In this document: positions 51,030 through 59,314 of the stretch, piece after piece
Layout: the number at the start of each line of letters is the position of its first letter
Position numbering within the stretch: the first letter of the stretch is position 1
Origin: a virus
DNA length: 64,000 bases
Strand: one strand, 5' to 3'
IMG/VR virus record: IMGVR_UViG_3300048929_000691
Translations under genes and position numbers: made by a program
The notes under the pieces: generated by a model
Databases searched by the model: none
Told to the model about the DNA's origin: nothing
What the model saw: only the letters and a program-made list of their open reading frames with translations

Positions 51030-52495
51030 ATGGCATTAAAAACAATTACATTTAATTACACTGGAATAATGCAAACTTGGATTCCACCAGAGGGTGTATA
51101 TAGGATAAAAATAGAGTGTTATGGTGCCAAGGGTGGAGGTTCCATGATGAATGGAAGTGTAAATAGTAATGGTGCTAAGGGCGGATACTGTTGTGGTGAA
51201 TATACGTTTGAACGTAATACTCAAAGGCAATTATATATATATATGCTGGTGGTGCTGGAATTGATGGTAGATTTTCTAATACTCCTGGTGGGTGGAACGG
51301 TGGAGGAATAGGAACATACGATGGAAGAGATGATGAAGGTGGTGGCAGCGGAGGTGGTGCTTCAGATGTTAGATTGGTTGCTGCATCTTCAGGTTCATGG
51401 TATGACACTTCGCATACATCATGGGATACTGACAAGTCTTTATTGTCAAGGATTATAGTAGCTGGCGGTGGTGGTGGTCTTTCTTGGAATTTTACGGCTG
51501 GTGAAGGTGGAGGATTAACTGGGGGAATGGGTGCTAATAATACAAGCACCTCAGCAACTCAAACTAGTGGATATGCATTTGGAAGAGGTCAAGATGTATG
51601 GAGTGTTGTATGGGACGGAAATGGCGGGAATATTGGACAAGGTGGAGGTGGCGGCGGCTGGTACGGTGGATATACTTCTGCTGTATATCCAAATGTTTCA
51701 GGCTGTGGTGGCTCATCATACTATGGAAATTTAATTAATGCAAAAACAATTGCTGGACTTAATAACGATAAGGGTAAAGTTACAATAACATATGAAGATG
51801 GATACTTCTTTTTGGAGCATGATGGAAAATATTATATAACAACAGAAAAATATTTTGATACGACATCAAATTCCTTCATTCCAGTAAGTATATCTGATAT
51901 TTATAGCAACATAGTTAATAGTGGTGCTGTGTATCCATTAATCAATTTATATAAGCCGTTTATGATAGATGGAGTTTATTATTATCCCAATGATATGTTT
52001 GATTATGCTAATTCTAAAATATGTATTATTGATATTAATAAAGATTATAAATTAGATATGAATTATATCCCATCAAACATAGCATTATCTAAAACAAATA
52101 TAAAAGTAAAAAATAAATATACCCCAGTACATGATGAATTTGAGCTTACATTTTTAGATATAAATTCAAATAATAAAGCAAAAATATATTATTTTTTAGA
52201 TTTTGGTAAAAATGAAGCATATAAAAATTGAAGTGTATTAGATGATGATATTATAATTAATGATTTTTACTTAAACCTTAAATTTAATTCATATGATGGA
52301 ATATTTGATTCTATAACATTATATGTGAAGAATAATGATAAATATACTAAACTTAAAAGCACTAATATTAATGTATATGACAATTTTAATTTTGAAATGC
52401 TCATATGCTTCAAAGATAATTATGAAGAAGTACTGGTTAATAAGATTGCAAAACAATCAATGGATTATACAATTGATACTTTAGATAAATTTTAG
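51030..52495 (+). pseudogene. Glycine-rich domain protein subtype B1, disrupted by +2 frameshift in a (TA)6 tract and an in-frame TGA
   Basis: Removing one AT from 51232-51244 restores LYIYAGGAG...GGGASDVR continuity into the 51374 frame. TGA at 52229-52231 is followed in frame by the normal C-terminus ending YTIDTLDKF* at 52495. Confidence 0.85.
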
Positions 52496-52673
52496 TAGTT
52501 ATACAATGTTTAATTATGTTAATGAGAAAAGTTTATAGTTACATTAATATTAAAAACTGCTGGAATAATTATTTTTATTGAAAATTATAGTAGATGAATA
52601 ATAAAAAGAAAGATTATATAGAAAGTATTATGATTATAAAATATTGAATGTGTGCTTTTTAGGGGGAATTTTT

Positions 52674-54047
52674 ATGCAAGAAACTTTAACATTTAATTAT
52701 ACTGGAGCAGTTCAAACGTGGACAGTTCTTCAAACTGGTTATTATAAAATTGAAGCGTGTGGAGCTAAAGGAGGAAGTGTATTAGATGGAGTTGGCGGAA
52801 ATGGTGGATATGCTTCCGGTAATATTAGGTTAACAAAAGGACAAGTGTTATATGTATATATTGGAGGTTCTGGTTATATTAGCGGCTGGAATGGTGGCGG
52901 AAGTGGATCTGCTTATGGTGGAGGGGCCTCTGATATAAGGACAATTGGAGGACAATGGGATGATTTATCTTCGTTACAATCAAGGCTGATAGTTGCTGGA
53001 GGCGGTGGAGGTGCAGAAAGAACTACAGGCGGTGCTGGTGGTGGTCTCATTGGAGGAGCTCCTGTAGGTTCATATAGTACAAGCGTCTACGCATCTTCAG
53101 GATCTCAAGTTTCCGGAGGAACAGGAGGTTCTTCAGGTAGTTATGGTTTAGCTCAATCAGGTGGATTTGGATATGGTGGAAGTGGTAGTGTTGGAGATTC
53201 TGGTCCTGGAGGAGGTAGTGGCTGGTATGGTGGAGGGGGAATCACATATGCTGGAGGTGCTGGCGGTGGTTCTTCTTATGTTGATTTACTGGAAAATGGT
53301 AAAACTTCCTCAGGTGTAAATACAGGGAATGGGAAAGTAACGATAACTTTATTAAATAGGGAAATATTCGCATTGGTTAAAGATGGCAGATACTATGTTC
53401 CAAATAAACAAACATTTGATATAGAAACAAAACAATTCAAAGATGTCTCTATTGAAGATGTTACATTATATAATTGTAGCATAAAAGAATTAACTAATGC
53501 ATTTATGTTAAATGGGGAAACTATTACACCGAATAATATAATAGATTTTTCTAAATACAAAATTTGCTTATTATCAGATAACATTTTACCAGATACTTTA
53601 GAAATAAAATATAATCCATCATTAAAAATATTATCGAAAACGACTATTAAAATAAAAGAAAAGTATACTCCTTTTTCAGAAGCTTTGCGAAATGCATATT
53701 TAAACATTATTGGAACAAATAAATCTAAAATTGGATACACAGTTAATTATGAAAAAATTTTTAAGGATGTATCAAATAATAATGCATCTTTAATAGATGA
53801 AGAAATACTAAAAGATGATTTTTATTTAAGTTTTAAATTTAATGAGACTTCAAGTATATTAAATACAATAACGTTATACAAAAATGATAATGTTACTTAT
53901 TCGAAAATAGAAAATGATAATTTAATTATAACTAATGATTTTGTCAATACATTTGTAAATTTTGAAAGAGCATATGGAAAAGTATTGATAAATAGAATAA
54001 CCAAAACTTATTTTAAATATTATGCTGACAGCTTAGATAAATTCTAG
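52674..54047 (+). CDS. Glycine-rich domain protein, subtype A2
   Basis: Start moved to ATG 52674 (RBS AGGGGG); same motif set as A1; ends RITKTYFKYYADSLDKF. Confidence 0.75.
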   Translation: MQETLTFNYTGAVQTWTVLQTGYYKIEACGAKGGSVLDGVGGNGGYASGNIRLTKGQVLYVYIGGSGYISGWNGGGSGSAYGGGASDIRTIGGQWDDLSSLQSRLIVAGGGGGAERTTGGAGGGLIGGAPVGSYSTSVYASSGSQVSGGTGGSSGSYGLAQSGGFGYGGSGSVGDSGPGGGSGWYGGGGITYAGGAGGGSSYVDLLENGKTSSGVNTGNGKVTITLLNREIFALVKDGRYYVPNKQTFDIETKQFKDVSIEDVTLYNCSIKELTNAFMLNGETITPNNIIDFSKYKICLLSDNILPDTLEIKYNPSLKILSKTTIKIKEKYTPFSEALRNAYLNIIGTNKSKIGYTVNYEKIFKDVSNNNASLIDEEILKDDFYLSFKFNETSSILNTITLYKNDNVTYSKIENDNLIITNDFVNTFVNFERAYGKVLINRITKTYFKYYADSLDKF

Positions 54048-54058
54048 TGGAGGTTCTT

Positions 54059-54262
54059 ATGGCGACGTGAAGAGTAACGTTTAATTATATTGGAGATATG
54101 AAAACTTTTATGATACCGCTTAATACTAAAAGAATTATTATAGAATGTTGGAGAACTTCTGGAGGCAGCAACTACAATCTGAATGGTAAAGATGGATATG
54201 TGAAAGGTACTTTGGATTATCCCCCAACAAATAAAACATTATATTTAAAGGAGAGTTTTTAA
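54059..54262 (+). pseudogene. Truncated relic of a further subtype-B glycine-rich gene
   Basis: RBS GGAGG, then MAT*RVTFNYIGDMKTFMIPLNTKRIIIECWRTSGG...DGYVKGTLDYPPTNKTLY-LKESF*; homologous to the N-termini of the B genes and cut off at the LY motif. Confidence 0.8.
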
Positions 54263-55660
54263 ATGCTTAAAATAGTTGCTTTTAATTATACAGGTAATGT
54301 ACAAAATTTTGCAATTCCAAATCATGTAACACAATTTTATATAAAATGCTATGGAGCTCAAGGATATACTTTTAACATGTATGGATTATATAATTCTGGT
54401 GGTAAGGGCGGATTAGCATATGGAAAATATATATTAAAACCTGATGATAATAGAACGCTTAATATTTATGTTGGTGGGACAAATGGATATAATGGAGGGG
54501 GTATTGGAGGAAATGGTAATACAGGAGGTGGAGCTTCTGATATTAGAGTAAATGGTACTACTTTAACTAACCGTATAATAGTTGGCGGTGGTGGTGGTGG
54601 TGCAAGTGGATATCGTCCAGGTGGAGATGGTGGTGGTCTTATAGGCGGAAGCGGTGAAGCTTCAGGGGGGACTCAAACATCAGGTGGATATAGTGTAGAT
54701 TATAATGGTGCTATTGTAGGTAGAGGAACTTTGGGGCAAGGAGGAGTTGCTTGGTATAATTATATTTATGCTGGTCCAGGTGGTGGAGGATACTACGGTG
54801 GTGGTGGCGGATCAAACCACTATGGAACCAATAATGATAATTCTGGAGGGGGAGGCTCATCCTATATAGCATTACTTGATCCGATAGATGCATCAACTAC
54901 TTCTGGGGTAAGGACAGGAAATGGATTGGTTGAAATAACATATGAAGAAGATCCAAATGCTTATTTCTTAGAAAAAGATGATAAATATTATGTTATAGAT
55001 AAAAAATATTTTGATAATATAAATAAAATATTTTTACCAGTTGAACTGGAGGATATATATAATGACTCAGTTGACACAGCTATTACTCCAAGAGCCGATA
55101 TGAGTATAACATCAATGTCAAAGCCATTTGTGCTAGACAATCAAACCTATGATCCCATTAAATTAATAGATTTTAAAGAATATAAACTTTGTACTTTATC
55201 TAAAGATAATTTATATAAAATAACAATGTATTATACAGCATCAAATAAAGCTTTATCTGCGACAAATATAAAAATAAAGGAAAAATATATTTTAGATAAT
55301 TATAGGACAAATGCAAATGATTCAATATTCTTTTTAGATATAAAAGCTACTGATAAAACAAAAATAGATTATTTTTTTGATTATGGGGAAACCAAATCAT
55401 ATAATAATTGCAGTATATTAAATACAGACAAAATAAGTAATGATTTTTATTTTGATTTTAAATTAAATTTGGCAGATAGTTTATTACAGTCAATAACTTT
55501 ATATGGTAAGAATAATGATAAATATGTAAAGCTTAAAGAGCCTAATATAAATATATATGATAAATTCATAAAATTTAATGAAAGCTACAATGAAGTTATA
55601 ATTAATAAATTATGCAAGCAAAGTGTTGAATATACAATTAATACCTTGGATAGATTTTAA
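54263..55660 (+). CDS. Glycine-rich domain protein, subtype B2
   Basis: FNYTGNVQ...GGGASDIR...RIIVGGGGGG...VEITYE; ends YTINTLDRF. Confidence 0.75.
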   Translation: MLKIVAFNYTGNVQNFAIPNHVTQFYIKCYGAQGYTFNMYGLYNSGGKGGLAYGKYILKPDDNRTLNIYVGGTNGYNGGGIGGNGNTGGGASDIRVNGTTLTNRIIVGGGGGGASGYRPGGDGGGLIGGSGEASGGTQTSGGYSVDYNGAIVGRGTLGQGGVAWYNYIYAGPGGGGYYGGGGGSNHYGTNNDNSGGGGSSYIALLDPIDASTTSGVRTGNGLVEITYEEDPNAYFLEKDDKYYVIDKKYFDNINKIFLPVELEDIYNDSVDTAITPRADMSITSMSKPFVLDNQTYDPIKLIDFKEYKLCTLSKDNLYKITMYYTASNKALSATNIKIKEKYILDNYRTNANDSIFFLDIKATDKTKIDYFFDYGETKSYNNCSILNTDKISNDFYFDFKLNLADSLLQSITLYGKNNDKYVKLKEPNINIYDKFIKFNESYNEVIINKLCKQSVEYTINTLDRF

Positions 55661-55672
55661 GGACATGAAGAA

Positions 55673-55720
55673 ATGCAAAATAAATATATAATTTTGAAAA
55701 GTAAAGGAGTGGTTAGTTAA
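55673..55720 (+). other. Chimeric duplication junction (mini-ORF MQNKYIILKSKGVVS)
   Basis: The first 30 nt are identical to the start of the 59315 gene; the last part is identical to the end of the 46434 gene; the join is at a shared TTTGAAAAGT. Confidence 0.9.
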
Positions 55721-56391
55721 TGAGAAAATATCTAGATAATAATGGATTAACTTATTATTCTACTAAATTATATGATTATCTTAAAAATAAACTTACTGCA
55801 TTAAATTCTAAGATTTCTAATTTAGAAATAAAAGTCGATTCCGACAATAAAGAGTTAAGCAATAAAATAGAAAATAACAATCAAATTATAAACCAGAATA
55901 CTTTTGATATAAAAACTGCAAATAGTAATATCAGTAATCTATCAACTAAGGTTGATAATAATTATGATGAGCTTAAGACTGATTTAAATGCTCCAGATAT
56001 AAGGCCAACAGGGGATTCTATTTATATAAATAACGTGGAGCAATTTGTTTTCAAAGATGTTGTAGCTGGTCAAGCTGTAACTATTCCTAATAAAGGGGAT
56101 GGATGTGACTTCTTGATTCAATGTTATGTACAAGCAGAGCAAGGAACACCCCTTCAACATAAAGTTATAAATATAAATACTGCGACAAAGGATTTATTAG
56201 AATATGATCCTAGGTATGTTGAAATAACCGATGATGGTGCTATACCAAAAACTTCTGTTTCTTTACAACTTCAAAAAGAAGATACAATAAGTGGATATAA
56301 TGTATATGTAACTGATTATCTTCCAGTAGAATTAGTAGATAATATTACAGCGTTAACAGGCTATGGACTTGTATTGGATGAAACTCCTTAG
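55720..56391 (+). CDS. Fibre adaptor-like protein, copy 2
   Basis: Paralogue of 48251 (MRKYLDNNGLTYYSTKLYDYLKNKL...). Confidence 0.7.
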   Translation: MRKYLDNNGLTYYSTKLYDYLKNKLTALNSKISNLEIKVDSDNKELSNKIENNNQIINQNTFDIKTANSNISNLSTKVDNNYDELKTDLNAPDIRPTGDSIYINNVEQFVFKDVVAGQAVTIPNKGDGCDFLIQCYVQAEQGTPLQHKVININTATKDLLEYDPRYVEITDDGAIPKTSVSLQLQKEDTISGYNVYVTDYLPVELVDNITALTGYGLVLDETP

Positions 56392-56533
56392 AGAATAAAA
56401 AAACATGGTAGTTGTGTTGTTTGAAATGAAAGTAAAACTATTATTGTAAATTCCTAACGAGATTACTAATTAGTTGTTAAAAACTTACTTATGAGAAAGA
56501 AAAATTTATTAAAAATACTATAGGAGGGGTTTA

Positions 56534-57940
56534 ATGGTAATTAAGCAATTTGATTTTGTTTACACAGGTGCAGTACAAACATTTGTTGTTCCTTACTCTG
56601 GATACTATGATCTTCAAGTGTGGGGAGCTCAGGGTGGAAGTAGAAACAATAATGGTGGAATGGGTGGATATTCAAAAGGTCATCTATTCCTAACTAAAGC
56701 TCAAATCCTTTATGTATATGTTGGAGCATGTCCGAACTACAATACTAATTGGAATGGTGGAGGTTATTCAGTCTATCCTGGTGGAGATGCTAGCGATATT
56801 AGAATTGGAGGAAAAGCTCTTACTAACAGAATCATAGTTGCTGGTGGAGGTGGCGGTACTGGATATGGTCCTAGTACTACATGGAACTATGTTGGAGGTG
56901 TAGGTGGAGGAGTTGCTGGAGGAAACGGACAAGGTGGTGCTGGATATTATGGTTTCGGTGGAACACAAACAGTTGGAGGTGCAAGAGGAACCTATATTGA
57001 AAGCAACTGGTATAACCAGGCTGGTAGTTTCGGACAAGGTGGTAATTGTGTCTCTAACTCCTATGGAGGAGGTGGCGGTGGCGGCTGGTATGGCGGCGGC
57101 TGCGGAGAGTGTGGTAGTGGTAATGATGGTGGAGGAGGCGGTGGCTCTGGATATATTGGTGGTGTATTAAATGGAACAATGCAATCTGGAGTTAACGCTG
57201 GTAATGGAAAAGTCATGATTAGATATTGCAGTCAAAGTACAATATTATTACAAAAAGATAATAAATTATATATTCCAGATAAGGCTCATTTTAATATATA
57301 TAGCAAAGAGTTTAAAGAAGCCACAATTGATGAAATTACAGTATTATGCAAAGATTGGGAAGCCACATTTCCTAGTTTACAAAGTATGTTAAATCCAACA
57401 TTTGAATATAACAAAGAAAGGTACACTTCAAGTGATATTATAGATTTTTCTCAATATAAACTATGCGTATTCACTACAGAAAAAATGGCTGGCATGGACA
57501 TAACCTTTAATCCAACTCAAACTTCTCTTGATAAAACAGAAATAAAAATAAAAGATAAATTTATTCCATTTATTGATAAGCTTTATAATGTGTTTATGGA
57601 TATTACAACTTTAGATAAAACAAAATTATCATATCGTATGTTTTATGATATATATGGTGCAGTAGATTATAAAAAAACAAATTTATTATATCAAGAAATA
57701 CTAGAGGGAGATCTTAATATATGGTTTAAATTAAATGATAAAGCTAGCATGCTTGAATCAATAATATTATATGGAAGACCATTCAATAATTATATTGAAA
57801 TAAAAGATGATGATTATTTGATGCAAGTTGATTTTATAAATACCTATGTCACATTTAATTACGACAATAAAGAAGTTTTAATAAATAGAATTACTAAAGA
57901 AAGCTTCAAGTTAACTGATAGTTCGTTGGAAAAATTCTAA
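56534..57940 (+). CDS. Glycine-rich domain protein, subtype A3
   Basis: YTGAVQTFVVPYSGYYDLQVWGAQGG...ILYVYVG...GNGKVMI; ends RITKESFKLTDSSLEKF. Confidence 0.75.
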   Translation: MVIKQFDFVYTGAVQTFVVPYSGYYDLQVWGAQGGSRNNNGGMGGYSKGHLFLTKAQILYVYVGACPNYNTNWNGGGYSVYPGGDASDIRIGGKALTNRIIVAGGGGGTGYGPSTTWNYVGGVGGGVAGGNGQGGAGYYGFGGTQTVGGARGTYIESNWYNQAGSFGQGGNCVSNSYGGGGGGGWYGGGCGECGSGNDGGGGGGSGYIGGVLNGTMQSGVNAGNGKVMIRYCSQSTILLQKDNKLYIPDKAHFNIYSKEFKEATIDEITVLCKDWEATFPSLQSMLNPTFEYNKERYTSSDIIDFSQYKLCVFTTEKMAGMDITFNPTQTSLDKTEIKIKDKFIPFIDKLYNVFMDITTLDKTKLSYRMFYDIYGAVDYKKTNLLYQEILEGDLNIWFKLNDKASMLESIILYGRPFNNYIEIKDDDYLMQVDFINTYVTFNYDNKEVLINRITKESFKLTDSSLEKF

Positions 57941-57952
57941 GGGGGGGTAGTA

Positions 57953-59302
57953 ATGGCTTTAAAAACTGTTACTTTTTATTATACTGGCAAGGTTCAAACA
58001 ATACAGTTGCCAGACGGATTAAGAGAAGTTTATTTAGAAGCAGCCGGATCTATTGGCAATAAGAATGGTGGTGCTGGAGGCTATGGTGGTAAAGCTTATG
58101 GAACATATAAATTTAAAAATGGAGATTCGCGAATACTAAATATTTATGTTGGTGGAATCGGATGGAATAGTGGCAATAGTTATGGTGGTGGTGCTTCTGA
58201 CATTAGATTAAATGGAACTGACTTTACCAATAGAATTATAGTTGCTGGTGGTGGCGGTAGTGGATCTGGATGGGAGCCAGGAGGTGCTGGCGGCGGACTT
58301 GTTGGTAATGCTGGTGGAAGCCCAGCGTGTGGCGGTGGCGGAACTCAAACATCTGGAGGATTTGCTGGAGCAAACTACGGATATGGAATAGGATATGCTG
58401 GTGGCTTTGGCTATGGTGGTCGTGATACCTGGAGTGGTGGTGGCGGCGGCTGGTATGGTGGTGGTTCTGGTGGTGGTAAATATTGCGATGATGGCGGCGG
58501 AGGTGGAGGTTCATCTTATATAAGCCTACTCGAAAGCGCTGGAACTAGTACTGGAGTTAATGGTACTACAGGGTATGTAAAAATAACATATGAAGAATTT
58601 CCATTTTTATTTTGTTTAAAAAAAGATAATGATTATTTTATTCCACAATCAAATTTTTATGATGCTACTACAAATAGCTTTGCTCCACTTACTATAAATC
58701 AAGTAGTAGATTCTATAAAAACAAACGTGCTATCAATTTTTGAATTATGTAAGCTATTTGTAAAAGATGGGACAACATATGATCCATCAAAAATAATAGA
58801 TTATTCAGAATATAAAATAGTTGGTTTATCAAGCCAAGAAGTTTACAAACTCAAACCAATTTATAAGCCAACAGATAAAGCATTACTTAAGACAAACATA
58901 CGAGTTCGTGAGCAATACAGACAAGTTAGTCAAGGACTACCTAGTTTGTTTATTGATATAACCTCTCCAGATAAAAATAATTTAGACTATTTTATTGATT
59001 ATAATAGAGACGATCAAGATAATTTACGGAAAAGCTGCGGTATATTAAATAAAGAGATACTAAAATATGATTTCTTTTTAAGTTTTAGGTTTGAGGCTAC
59101 TGATGCTAAATTGCAAACAATAACACTATTTGGAAGAAATAATGATAAGTATACTAAGATAAAAGATTATAGTATTGATGTATATGATGATTTTATTAGT
59201 AAAGCATATATAGTATTTCACAAAGACTATGATGAAGTGTTTGTAAATAAAGTATCGAGTGAAAGCGCTACTTATACAATCAACACATTAGATAAATTTT
59301 AA
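57953..59302 (+). CDS. Glycine-rich domain protein, subtype B3
   Basis: MALKTVTFYYTG...ILNIYVG...VKITYE; ends YTINTLDKF. Confidence 0.75.
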   Translation: MALKTVTFYYTGKVQTIQLPDGLREVYLEAAGSIGNKNGGAGGYGGKAYGTYKFKNGDSRILNIYVGGIGWNSGNSYGGGASDIRLNGTDFTNRIIVAGGGGSGSGWEPGGAGGGLVGNAGGSPACGGGGTQTSGGFAGANYGYGIGYAGGFGYGGRDTWSGGGGGWYGGGSGGGKYCDDGGGGGGSSYISLLESAGTSTGVNGTTGYVKITYEEFPFLFCLKKDNDYFIPQSNFYDATTNSFAPLTINQVVDSIKTNVLSIFELCKLFVKDGTTYDPSKIIDYSEYKIVGLSSQEVYKLKPIYKPTDKALLKTNIRVREQYRQVSQGLPSLFIDITSPDKNNLDYFIDYNRDDQDNLRKSCGILNKEILKYDFFLSFRFEATDAKLQTITLFGRNNDKYTKIKDYSIDVYDDFISKAYIVFHKDYDEVFVNKVSSESATYTINTLDKF

Positions 59303-59314
59303 GGATGTGAAAAG

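Noticed and set aside
51030-54262. Genome-wide TGA reassignment (alternative genetic code) explaining the two in-frame TGAs
   Set aside because: TGA serves as a true stop in ATGA/GTGA overlaps (20768, 39856), and all other long genes are uninterrupted under code 11.
48251-56391. Diversity-generating retroelement (TR/VR pair) between the two adaptor copies or among the glycine-rich genes
   Set aside because: Mismatches between the repeats include many C/T and other non-adenine changes, both copies are coding, and no reverse transcriptase is in the window.
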